Shown piece by piece: positions 1 to 12,437 of a stretch of DNA of 64,000 bases. The notes beneath the pieces were generated by a model, which worked only from the letters and a program-made list of their open reading frames with translations, ran no database searches and was not told where the DNA came from. The DNA comes from Felis catus (taxonomy: Eukaryota): the NCBI RefSeq assembly GCF_018350175.1, contig NC_058368.1, forward strand, positions 19,842,001-19,906,000, written 5' to 3'. The translations under genes and the position numbers were made by a program. The first letter of the stretch is position 1. The number at the start of each line of letters is the position of its first letter.

Positions 1-419
1 GTGTCTCTTGTGATAAGAAATTTGCCACACCTTCTCCAAATATCATTCAGAGCATCTTCAGTAATCTGCACACCTCTCTGAGTTTAACCTTTTCCTGGGT
101 GATGAAGGTTAAAATGGCAACAACTTAGATGAGAAATTTTTTGGCAGAAAAATTAGTACTTGAGAATCCCTGTTTTTTTGCAAATCACTGGTGAATTACT
201 GTGGTGAGGCAGCAAAGATCAAAGATAGGACCAGAAATAAGTTGAACCATCCTATGGCGGATGCCACCATTAAGATGCTTCCTCCCCTTAGAACTGGCCT
301 GCGAAATCCACATGACATGGACTTTCACCAAGTCTTCCCAGTGAAGAAGGACTTTTCCTTCTTGGAAACTTGGAAGTCTTGGAAAATTTCTGTTTTCCAA
401 TGGAAGATGCTGTTGTTGC

Positions 420-685
420 TAATGACAACGATGTGGAAAGCAGCCAATATCATGAAGCACTTGATATGCATGGGCACTGTTCGAAGTGCTTTATGTCTAC
501 TATGTCAGATAATCCTCACAACTCTGTAAAACAGTTATATTCTCCCCATTTTGCAGATGAGGAAACTGAAGCACAGAGAGTACAGCAACTTGTCCAGGAT
601 GACACAACTTGTGGGGAGCTGTGATTGAATTAGAGCTGTGATTAAATTCAGGCAGTCTGATTCCAGTGCCTATGGTCTTAACCTC
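420..685 (-). mobile_element. MIR SINE
   Basis: Core motif ccccattttgcagatgaggaaactgaagcacagag. Confidence 0.8.
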
Positions 686-714
686 TATATACTATCAATG
701 CAACAGATGACACT

Positions 715-2450
715 AATTAACTCACTCATTAATTTCTCTGCAAATATTTACAGAGCACTTACAATTCATGGGCACTGCGCTGAGTGTCAAGGATATAACA
801 AAGAGTCAAGCAGATACAGTCACTGCCTTGTGGAGCTTATGCTGACTATTCATATTAATCAAGTAATCACACAAACAAGTATAAAATGGCAACTATGACA
901 GTTGCTACAGAGGAGGGGCACTCAGTGCTATGAACACCTATAATCCAGTAATAGGAACTATTGGAAAATCAAGGAAGACCTCCCCAAGGCAATGAAACTG
1001 AAACTGAGACCTGACGGATGAGCATTAAGTGGACAAGGAGAAAGGAAGCTCATTCAAGGCAGAGGCTCCATGAAAGGAAGGAAGCTGGTGAGCATAAGCA
1101 ACCAAAAGTGGCCAAGGCTGAAACTCCAGAAGGGACAGCATGGAGCAAAAGGAGGATGTGGAGAATGGGACCCTGCCGGGTCACACGGGCCAAGTGAGGA
1201 CTCTGGGCCTGTGTACTACGAGCAAGGGAAAGCCACTAAAGTATTTGGCAGGGGATATGACAAGATCAAACGTGTATTTTGAAAAGATTTTTCTAGGTCC
1301 AATATGGAAAACAGACTGGAGGAGGTAGAACGGACATGGGATGATCAGTGAGGAGGTCAACTGGGGGGTCCAAAGAGGCGAGATAAGCAGGGTGATGGGG
1401 TGGGGGAGGGTTGATAACAATGATGGTGATGATGTAGTGGAAGCTGAGAGGTATTTAGGAGGTAAAAACCAGTAAGTGATGGACTGGGCAGAGTCGAGTG
1501 AGAGTCAAGCAAAGAGGAGGGAGGATGACTCCAAAGAGACCTGGCTCACACAACCGAGTGGACAGTGGTTACACAGGGAATGCTGAGAAAGACCAGATAT
1601 GTACGGAGGCACAGGAGTCCGATTTTGGACCCGGTGAATTGGAGGTTCCTTTGAGATATTCAATAGGAAATATGAAGGAGTGGGAATGTCAGACAAAAGG
1701 TCTGAACAGAGATAAAAAAAAGTTGAGAGTTATTGTCACATGGGCAGCAAACGATGCCATGACATAGGCAAGGCATCCCAGAGAGGGAAGAAATGAGAGC
1801 CTAGAAGCAACACTGAACCAAAGCTGGCCAGAGGACATCCTAGGATGAGAACAGAGACAAAACAGAAAGTAGGAGGAAAACCAGGAAAGTGCTGCTGTGG
1901 ATGTACACGGAGACTACTTCAGGAAGAAACGGCAGGGCGAACTGCTGCAGGCAGGTCAGACATGATGCCGACTTAAAAATGTCAGCTGGACAGGGGCGCC
2001 TGGGTGGCTCAGTTGGTTAAGCATCCATCTCTTGGTTTCGGCTCAGGTCATGATCTCACAGTTCATGAGTTCGAGCCCCAGGTCGGGCTCTGTGCTGTCA
2101 GCACGGAGCTTGCTTGGGATTCTCTCTCTCTCACGTCAACAAATAAATTTGAAAAAAACATTTTTTTTTAATTGTCCGTTGGATAGATCCACGAGATCTT
2201 TTCTAACCATTGCCAGAGTTGTTTGGGTAATGTGATGAATCTGACAGCCAGACTGTAGGGGTCTGAGTGGAGAGGGGAAATGAGGAAATGCAGGAAGGCA
2301 CAACAGACAACTCTTGTGAGAAGTGTGATTATAAGGAGAGAAGAGAGACAGAACATTTGGTGAACAGGGAAGAGAGCTGTGATGTCTATGTCTATGTTTT
2401 TCATTAAGAACAAATGGACAGACAAACAAAAGCAAACCTTAAGTGTGTTT
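715..2450 (-). mobile_element. Decayed L2 LINE
   Basis: Starts with the reverse L2 3' end (actcattaatttc...aaatatttacagagcacttac), followed by purine-rich L2-like sequence. Confidence 0.7.
1993..2159 (+). mobile_element. Can-SINE (SINEC) inserted in an L2
   Basis: GGGGCGCCTGGGTGGCTCAG tRNA-derived head, (CT)n tract and A-rich tail. Confidence 0.92.
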
Positions 2451-3842
2451 AAAAACCAGTGAGAAGGATCCAGGGAGGAGGGAGAGGTTATTGAGACAGA
2501 AGACTAACAGAAAGTTACTTGGAATGCATTACGCTCATCAATTCCTAGCCATTGCCTTTCTGAAACACAGATATACCCCTTGATGTGGCCGATATAAGAA
2601 GATGACCACCCTCTGAAATAGTAACACAATGTCCTCGTAAGGCCATCCTTTGTGGCAGATAACTCCTGGAGATAGTGTAAAATGATTTCAACCTACCATG
2701 TACTCTTACTGGGGCTCCTCAGCACCCGATTTAAAATACAGGGCAATCTGGGTGTTCTTACAGATATCCACGCTACAGGATCAGTCTCAAGGTGGAACCA
2801 AGGAGACCTTCACAAATTTATTATCGCAATGGAGAGGCCACAAAATGATCTTGGGGCCAAGAATGCTCTTGTCATCTGCAGTCACTACCACTTGACAAAG
2901 TTTTGCGATAACACAGGCACTGGACAAAAGATGATAGGATTACAAGTACAGTGACATAACTGGAGGAGAGAAGCTGGTCCTTGAGATGTTCTAAGAAGGT
3001 CTGTGATCCACACAAATACTGACAACATAGTAACTCCCACAACAACAGTAAGTAGATTCTTTGACAAAACCACCTTCAGTGAATTATACTGTACGAATAC
3101 ATACTAAGGAACTGGAATGTCAGCACCCCAGGACTCTTCCTTCAAGCTAAGCAGGAAAAACGTTACTCTGTAAGTACAAAACTTGGAAGGCACCAGGATC
3201 TCCCCAGCAGGAGTGGCCCAACTGTATACTCCACTTGGGTACAGCTGAAATATTTTATTCATAGGCTACCTGTCATCACTGTAGAACATGACTTCACCTT
3301 TTGGGTTTGGTCCCCGTAGGCTCATTACAACCCACAGTAATAAACAACTCATCCAAAATATCTCATTACATTAAAGGCTCAAATTCTTTTTTTTTTTTCC
3401 TCATCTTTTTAGCAGTGGCCAGATGCATGAAATAACACAATCTTCCAATTCATTAATGACCATCCTAGAGCAATTCCTTGTGGTTGGTCTGTCTTAGTTG
3501 TATGAAAAAAAAAAAAAATTAGCCTGGTATCATAAAAAAAAAAAAAAAAAAAAAAAAAACCTGTCCAGAATCAGGGAAACCCTAGCTCTGCGACCACTAT
3601 CTTAACATGTGACCTATCAATACGTCACTTAATCTAGGGGAGGGTGGCATGAGATGTAGAAGAATGAAGGTCCCTTTCAATTCTAATATTTTCTTATCTC
3701 CTCCAAGGGGATTTTGAATCATCTTCTTTTAATATCTTTGGATGCCTCTTCCTGAAGGCATCATATTGCAAATCTACAGAACTGTTTCCTAATCAACTGT
3801 TAGAACACCGTTAGAGAAATACCGTACATACAATCTCATCAG

Positions 3843-4258
3843 GTATCTTGAGTTGAACAGCGTCCTCCCCAAATTCATGGCCACCTAGAACCTCAGAATG
3901 TGACCTTACTTGGAACAAAGGTCTTTGCAGATGTAATTAGTTAAGATGAGATCATACGGGATTCGGGTGAGCTCTTAATCCAATGACTGGTGTCCTTATA
4001 AGAAGGGCACATGTAAATACAGAGACACAGAGAGGAAGGGGACGTGAAGATGGAGGCAGGGATAGCAGTGACACATCTACGACCCAAGGAACGGTGAGGA
4101 TTTCCAGCAACCACCAGAAACTAGGGAAAAACAAAAAAGGATTCTCTCCTCGAACCTCCAGAAGAAGCCCTGTCAACACCTTGATGGTGGACCTTTTGTC
4201 TCTAGGACTGTGAGAAAATAAATTCTGTTGTTAGAACAGCTTTAGGAAAGTAAAACAC
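3843..4258 (+). mobile_element. MaLR solo LTR (MLT1C-like)
   Basis: Matches the recalled MLT1 consensus: gaacctcagaatgtgaccttac...ggtctttgcagatgtaattagttaagatgag...actggtgtccttataaga. Confidence 0.85.
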
Positions 4259-7200
4259 CAGGTACTGATACCCCCCGCAACTGGTAATGACTCCTCTTGC
4301 TCTCATGGCAAATACACGAGGACTAGTAAGGTGCTACCACACCTCAGACCATCTGAAAGTGGTAAAACTGAACTTGGGGAGTTCAAGATCCTGCTTTCAG
4401 ATGACAAACACAGCTCTGATGACTCTTCGGTTTCCTTCCAGTGGATGCCAAGTATTACACTTTCAAAAAGGTAATTGCTCCTTTTATTTGAAAAAAGTAA
4501 TATCCTCTCTCGCAGAAACTACATTCCTCTCCCTTGAAGCTACTGGCCTTCTGGAAGGGGACACTTTTTGCTTCCCTGTGGCAACAAGACTCCTTGCTTC
4601 AGTGATTACTGTGACCTGTTATCCACATTCCCTATCTATGAGATTCTGCCAAGCCCTACACCACACACCATGTGAAGCAGTTTCAGAACATACCATCTAG
4701 GGAATAAATACTGGTGACCACAGAGCAATGCTCTTGTAAAGCTGTTAATTTAATCGGTAGGATAGGAGCCTCTAAATAATAGCAAATGATGTGAGAAGGC
4801 ATCTCCTTCAACAATCCCAAAAGTTCAACAGGGCCCTAATCTTGGCGGAGAAATGAGGCAATGCCAGATTTATGAACAGCACATTTTTGGGGCTCACAAA
4901 CTGTCAAGAACATGTTATGTTTCTGCTTAGGTTTCTTAGTGGTTTGCTTATTGCATCTCTGTTTACGAATTTCAAGAAGCAGAGTATGGACATCAAATTC
5001 TTCTATACGCCCCAAGTAGTCATGTAAAGAGGATTTGCTCACACTGTGTCAACCGTTGAGAGCAACTGACCTTGCTGGTTACGTGGCCAGCTTTGGTGTT
5101 AGCATCCTGATGACCTAAATCGAAATGCCTTTCTTCCCTCATTCGACATTTTACAAAGCGACATTTTACAGTGGTCTAGCAACTCTGTGAGGACACAGAC
5201 TGAGGCTGACGTGGGCTCTGCCTTCAGGCAGTTCACAGTCTAGTGAAGGACGCAGTCTCACCAACAAATGAGACAACATGCCCAAGGGCACTCAGGAAAT
5301 GGAAATACAGTCGCCTACTGGGGAAGAACAACGGGCAGGGAATGGAAAGCCTTCAGCAGGAATTCTTTATGGACACAGAAGTGGCTCCGGGGCAGTGGTG
5401 TGGGATGAGGAGAAAGCCCAGGCTTCACAGGCACACACAGTTCCCAGCTCTGCTGAGCGCTGCTTCCTGGCTAAGTAAGCTGGAGAAGGCGTCTGAACTC
5501 TCCAGGCCTCGGGGTCCTTATCTGAGGAGTGTCCCCCCTCCGATTACTGTGCTGCTGGAATGAGGCGACGTATGGAAGGCGGAGTGCCTGGGACACAGTG
5601 GATGCTCCATTCGTGTTGGGTTCTCTTTCCCTTTTCATTCCCTCGAGCAACCATGGGAACTAGCAGTAATACGTACTACGGGAACATCATAACCACAAGA
5701 ACTATCAAAACAACAGCAACAAATCCATACGTGGTCGGTATCGTGGTTTTTGTACAATAATCACTATCTTGAATGCTACTCATTATACAGATCAGTCTTT
5801 TCTTCTCATCCCAAACTTACCATAAACACATATATGAAAACACTCTTCAGAGAACAGAGATTTATCATTTAGGGGCTTTGTCCAAAAACAAACAAACAAA
5901 CAAATAACCTTCAATAAGTACGCATTTATCTGGCAAGATTTCAATAAAAACTCCGGCTGAAGCAGATAGTATATGTATTTCCCAAAACTGGCATATATAC
6001 TTGGCTATGACTACAGCCATTATTCAGTAGGGTCGGTGAGCATCAGCTCAAGGAAGACCTTTCACTTCTGCGTGGATGTTTCCTCAGCCGCTATCCTCTC
6101 TGAATACCTTAGAGAGTCTTCCAGTGGTGCTGCAGGGAGAGCTTCCCCGTTAGGGATCCAGCGTCTTCATAATTTAACCACCCACCCTGAGCCAGGGCCT
6201 TCACGACCAAACCCCATCCACCTTGTATACTTTATACTCCGCTCCTCAAACTGGGTCACTTCTGTCCAAACATTCCCTGCCCTCTCTTACTGCCATGTTT
6301 TTGCCTCCTATGCCATTCACCTTGCCTGAAGTACCTTACCTTCCGATCTTCAGACAATGAAATCCTAGCCCAGTTCCTAAACCCAGCTCACATCCAGTCT
6401 CCACAGAGCTGACCTGGACCATTACCTCCCACCCTCTCCTGACCTCACTGTCCTGACAACATCACACTCACTGGTGTCCCCCTGCTGGGCTGTTTTTGTT
6501 TTTTTTTTTTATTCTGTTACTTATTCCATACCTTCACTCTTCATTTTTTCCCAACCAAATAAGCTTTTTGAGACTAGGAGCCACAGGTTAGAATCGAGCA
6601 TAATTCTTTCACACATTATTGATATTAAAATTTATTTGTGGGTCGGCTAGAATACTTGAGGCACTGTAATGAAAAATTTCAAAGTCCTACTTCAGCACTT
6701 AAAGCGGTTTGCACAATATGACTGACTTCTTTTGACATTAAAACAGATGACATTTCTGAAAACTCAAGATGAATTAAACTATCGGCATAACATTTTCCCC
6801 TGCAGAAGGAAATTCCGTTGCAACAAATATTTTGAAAGCAACAGAATTATACAAATAAAGTACCTCAGACTTTAAGCAGGTACTTATTACAGCCAGCTAT
6901 ATTAAATAATGTTTGTACGCTAGTCAACAACTTATTTAACAAATTATTCATCGAGTCCCTAATTTGTACAAGGAACCATACCGAGAGCCTCCGGGACGGG
7001 AGAGGAATAAAAGACAGGCCAAGTCCTCAACACTCAACACTTTAACGGAGAAGACAGACTTTAAAACTTTTATAAAACAAGGTGAAAAGAGCACTGCGAT
7101 ATAGCTAACCTGCTGAGTAATGTGTGCGATTAATTCCACTTGGTGGGGCTTAGGAACCATCCGTCAAAACAAAACAAAACCAAAAAAGGAAAAGAGGACG

Positions 7201-7584
7201 CTGGAACGAGGCACTGAGAGATAACTGGGACTCTGTAGACCAAGATGGCAGAAGGGGGGTCCGGGTTATAAGATTAGCAAGAGCAAAATGGACAGACACG
7301 GAAACACACCCTCAATCATCCTTGCTTCTCTCAGTTGGTGATGTAACCTGCTACCTCATGAGAAATCGAAATGGCCCTTCCTCTCCTGTATCTCCCAACT
7401 GTGTCTGCCTTCTGCTCTCTCTTGACAGCTTCCTCACTCTTCACCAAAGCTAAATTCTCCTAATTGTTCAGGCCCCTCCGGCTGCTGTCTAATGTCTCAT
7501 CTTGTTGCAGGCTCACCCTCCCTCTCCTTCCCTTTGTGGACAAATGTCTGAAAGAATCGTCTCCATTGTCTCTACTCCATTTCT

Positions 7585-7811
7585 TTTTTTTTTTTTTAAT
7601 TTTTTTTTTAATGTTTTATTTATTTTTGAGACAGGGAGAGACAGAGCATGAACAGGGGAGGGTCAGAGAGAGGGAGACACAGAATCTGAAACAGGCTCCA
7701 GGCTCTGAGCTGTCAGCACAGAGCCCGACGCGGGGCTCGAACTCACGGACCGCGAGATCATGACCTGAGCCGAAGTCGGCCGCTTAACCGACGGAGCCTC
7801 CCAGGCGCCCC
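7585..7811 (-). mobile_element. Young SINEC_Fc-type Can-SINE
   Basis: CpG-rich full-length body. Perfect 18-bp TSD TGTCTCTACTCCATTTCT (7567-7584, 7812-7829). Confidence 0.96.
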
Positions 7812-7942
7812 TGTCTCTACTCCATTTCTAATTCACTCAGTTACATAAGGCTAACTGCCTCTTGAATCTTTTTACCCAGTAAAATAAAGACAAACAAGGA
7901 TATGCTTTCTGATTTCCTCCTTTGTTTTAAAATAAGTTAACC

Positions 7943-7974
<32 letters not shown>

Positions 7975-10103
7975 GTTAACCAATATTTTTAAAAAACTTA
8001 CTTGCTATATTCAGGAAACAGAGAATGTATAGTCTCTGCATAGGATTTCTCATGTCCAGAAAGTAAACTATTATGCAGCTGAGACTGTGTATTTTCAGTG
8101 AGGAAGCTGTTATTGTCATGACCTTAAACAATCCCTCCTCTCCATGTGCCTTTCCCTAACTCAGCTCTTCACGGTTCTGCCGATGAGAATAGGTAGGGTA
8201 GACAACTCCTCCTCTTCAAAAGCATAAAACAGGCCCTTTTAAGGAAATGATGTCATACTAGCTGGGTCCTCCATCTTTTCTAGAAGATCGGGGTACGGTA
8301 AGGTTTGGTCATCTCCACGCCGTACTGACACACCTACAGAGGCAGCCCAGTCTGGCCCCTGATTTATGTTCTGCTTCACTGGCAGTTTCATTTACTAAAG
8401 GAATAATGGCTGAGGTGGTCTCGCCTCTTATATACGATAAATAGCCAGAACTCTCCATAACTTACTTTGCTCACCTTTCTTGCCTTCAAAGCCAAATTTA
8501 TCGGCACCCATTAGCCACCTACACGGATTTCAAACAACGCAAAGACTCACCCATATGTTACATACATGTCCGTCTTCATGGACAGTGAGTGTTACATACA
8601 CTAGTCCATGAACTGTTGGACAATATATAGATCTGAGCTCCTCTTTGCAGATTTCCTTTGTAGTGAACACTTCAGTTCACTGAACAATCCAGTTACCCCC
8701 CACTTCATCTTTTAAAAATAAGTTTATCCCCCACATACCCCACTTTTTAAAAATAACTCTCCTTAAAGCAGACGAAGTTCTGTAGCATGCACTTCTCTTC
8801 TGTCCTCCTACAGAGCAGTTTACAGACCTAGCAAATGCATTGGATATGATAGAAATTCCATAAAATATTTGTCAACAGGCAGCTTTATGTTTAACAATAT
8901 TGCTAAAATTTCCATAAAGGTCACCGAACAAATGTTTTGACGAAGACCAAATGGAAAATTTCAGGCCCACCTCTTCAGACCCCTTGTAAGAATCAGGTTA
9001 AGATTACAGATGGAAACCCACATTCCATATGTCTAAATATTTAAAAGTTATGTATCAAGTTAAACTATTAAATAAAATATGGTCTCTTCCTCCAATCTTG
9101 ACAAATATACCTTAAACCACCTGGAGGTACAGGAATGAATTCAGAATTTTTAGACTCCTTGAAGTTTTACAATATAGTACAAGCTCTAAGCTGTCTGGGG
9201 TCAGGAAAATGCCAGTCGGGGTACTCAGAACATGGGGGTGGGTAGAGTGAGGGCATAAGCTGGACACACACCCTTGATCCCTCAGGTCCTTCATCCTGTG
9301 GGGAAATGTGGCCAGAATAGGCTCCTCTAATTCACAGGTCCTAAAGCAGAGCCTCTCTTGCTGGGACTGAAGGAAATACTGGGTAATTTACCAAACTGGA
9401 GAGTTTACCAGATCAGTCTTGTTACACTTAGTTAATACACTAGCTGAAACTAAACATATAAAAAGATGATAAAGTAAGTAGTAAAGCCTGAAATTCCAAT
9501 CCCTAATCACTTCAGCTCCCTCAAGCTCTATAATAAAAGGGTCTAATATTCATCTCAATCTACCCTACAGCCTAATGTAGATTCTGTGCCTTCTTTACAA
9601 ATTTATACAGTTGACAGAACTCCATTCACACACTAGAGGGAGTTAAGACAAGAGGGAGCAAAAGAAGAGAGCAAGGAGAAAAACATCAAGTATCAAAGAT
9701 CAGACATGCAGGTCTAAGAAGACATTTCCCTTGTGCTGTCACTTGTCTGAGGAAGCATATGACACCATGATTAACCATCTGATCAAAGCCGTGAGTATCA
9801 CAGGCTGCTGTCACTAGCACACAGATTCATGTAGTTCATTCACTGGCCTCATAAAGCTCCTATTCTAGCCACTGTGTCCACGGGAAGGCAAGCTCAACCT
9901 TGTCAACATTCCAACTGAGACCCACAAGGACTCTCCCTACACCTTGCCGTAATCTGCCGCGCTGCACTTTCCACTTCACTTCGCAAGAACATTAATTTGT
10001 TAATTTGCAAAAAACTAACAAATAACTCTCATCACAATACATATATACGCACTCCACAAGAAGGGAAGTATTTCAACTGGAAATCTTATTTATGTGTACT
10101 TAC

Positions 10104-10177
10104 TGAGATTGTACCATTGTCTAGACCTATGGACAGTCTTCTTGTTTCCGGGTTAAAAGACATGCATGAACATGGAG
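10104..10177 (-). CDS. WDFY2: WDFY2 internal coding exon (exon 3, 74 nt)
   Basis: Minus strand reads tttctttcag|CT CCA TGT TCA TGC ATG TCT TTT AAC CCG GAA ACA AGA AGA CTG TCC ATA GGT CTA GAC AAT GGT ACA ATC TCA|gtaagt = (S)PCSCMSFNPETRRLSIGLDNGTIS. The phase joins the previous exon (T+CT = Ser). This peptide matches WDFY2 rather than WDFY1. Confidence 0.96.
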
Positions 10178-11754
10178 CTGAAAGAAATGAACATGTTGAT
10201 GAAATTAACAAAATGATGATTCTCATCGATTTAGGAGCGACTAACTAGCTAAAAGTGTGTGGCTATTTTTTCCCCACGATTTCCTGAAAAACAGTTCATT
10301 TAACGCCCACTCACCGAAAAATAAAAACAGTAATTTTACACCAACCCCTAGTTTTTCAGTTATCCTTTTAATGAATATAACAAGTAAGATGTTCTCAAAC
10401 TGGACTAGTTCCAATGGGCTTAGTCTCGGCTGTTCTGTCAGTATCGAGTCTAAGTTTGCTTGACTAGGTTACCAATATTTTATACTGTGTACTCCCTCTG
10501 TTACCCGTCTATCTCTTCCACTCACACCCTATCTTTAATAGAAACAACCTCAACCAGGGGGAAAAAAGAGATCTTATAATTCCCTCCTCCCCCCCCCCCA
10601 TATACACACTAGTATAAAAGTCTATTTTTTGATTTAGAATTGACTCAGGGCATGTGGACTAACAGAAGTTTTTTACTCTCAACATTCAAGGCCGCTAACT
10701 GAAAAAAGACTGAGGATCTGTCTCAATTTAAGAGAGAACCAACTGGACACAGGGCCAGGCTCTGTAGAAAAGAAATCCGGTCTGGACAGGGCCTCCCTGT
10801 GCTGCAAAATTGGCTACTACCTGAGTATACCTGAGCCCAAGTAAACTAAGCATACTTGGAAGCCAATGTGGCCAAGAAGTGCTTGCTCAACAGTCGGCAT
10901 CCGGGTTCCTACACTGGCTCATAAGAATGGGGCCTGTTGACAATTCATCCTACACTGAAATCACTGTTGTGCAAATGAGTCCAACACCAATTCTTAAATT
11001 TCTCCCCGACCTTCACAGTGGCCCTGCTCATCATCAAATCGTATTCAGCCTCAAATATTTTTATTCCTACTTTTTACAGCTATGGTTAGATGTCGTACTC
11101 AAGGTCACACAGGGAAAAAAAGTTGGAGAAGGTTCAAAGACATAATTCATATACACAGTCCTATTTTGAAATATGTAACTTAGATTATCTCAAAACTAAA
11201 TTCTAAAAGAATTTCAAGTTCTACTAACAGAGCTACTTCATGAACACATCACTTAGTAACATCTTTTTCGTTCTCTATAAAAGGACCCTGAACAACAGAA
11301 AAGATCTTCCAAACTACAAGTATTTATTTTCTAGTTTTTAATATGTTCAGAAAATAGAAACACAAAAAATCATCCCCACACACACAACCTCCACCAGTAC
11401 AACAGAGAATCTTCTCTCTGATTAGCCACAAAATTAAACTAGATTCCCAAAAGTACACTGCTGAAAAAAGTAGTCAAATGATATTTAATGTGCTGCCCTA
11501 GGAAAGTCATCCTTACTCGCCCATGGCCCGTGAAATATGTTGGCACAATTTCTAGACAGGTGCTAACATGCCAGGTCTTATAGCCTGTAACATGCGTGCA
11601 GAATTAAAATCTAATGATTTCATGGAAAATCATCATGTTAGCTGAAAAGAACAACAAAAAAAATATGTTGTTACTACAACTACATAAAGTACATAGACAT
11701 GTAAAAACATACATGGAAAAATGAAACGGTTTTTGTGTTTGTGTGACAAGTTCA

Positions 11755-11971
11755 TTTTTTAAAAAATATTTTTAACGTTTATTTTTGAGAGAGAGAGAAA
11801 AAAGAATGAGTGGGGGAGGGGCAGAAAGAGAAGGAGTCACAAAACCCAAAGCAGGCTCCAGGCTCTGAGCTGTCAGCACAGAGCCCAAGGTGGGGCTCAA
11901 ACTCACGAACGGCGAGATCATGACCTGAACTGAAGCCAGACACTTAACCAACTGAGCCACCCAGGCGCCCC
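11755..11971 (-). mobile_element. Can-SINE
   Basis: Reverse-strand SINE head ...ccacccaggcgcccc, (GA)n tract and T-rich tail. Confidence 0.93.
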
Positions 11972-12344
11972 CAAATTCATTTCTATAATATTGTCTTTAA
12001 TCTTATTATTTCGCTATTCCTCTTGAAAGTTTTAAATATCTAATGGCTTATTAAGATATGGGCATGAACATATGAAGCAAAACTTAATTGCAGCCCAAAG
12101 GGCTATAAACTAGTCAAGAATAACCTCATCACTTAGCTGCCCGCCTGACCATAGAAAAGTCTTTTCTGTGTGATTTCCTCCAAAGTTCATATCTGGTTAT
12201 GGAACAGTTAGAAAACCCACTGATCTCTGAATATGATTTAAAAGACTTTTTAACAGCACTGCACAGGCTACCCTGACATCTACATTGCTATTTCTTTATT
12301 CCTGGATTTCTTATCCCCTTTACTAAATTTCTTGTTATTCTTTT

Positions 12345-12437
12345 TTTTTTTTTTTTTAGTGTTTATTTTGGGGGGAGAGTGCAAGCAGGGGAGATCATGA
12401 CCTGAGCCGAGATCAAGACTGAGCCACCCAGGTGCCC
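12345..12437 (-). mobile_element. Internally deleted Can-SINE (~95 bp)
   Basis: Head and tail are present but most of the body is missing. TSD CTTGTTATTCTTTT (12331-12344, 12438-12451). Confidence 0.85.

Noticed and set aside
1993..2080. tRNA genes at SINE heads
   Set aside because: The A/B-box-like sequence belongs to tRNA-derived Can-SINEs that continue into (CT)n and A tails. They are not standalone tRNAs.
5144..5170. Short direct repeat CGACATTTTACA x2 (similar small repeats near 8695-8760, 21868-21922 and 44190-44230)
   Set aside because: These are two-copy micro-duplications with no array or spacer structure. They are not CRISPR-like and carry no recognisable motif.
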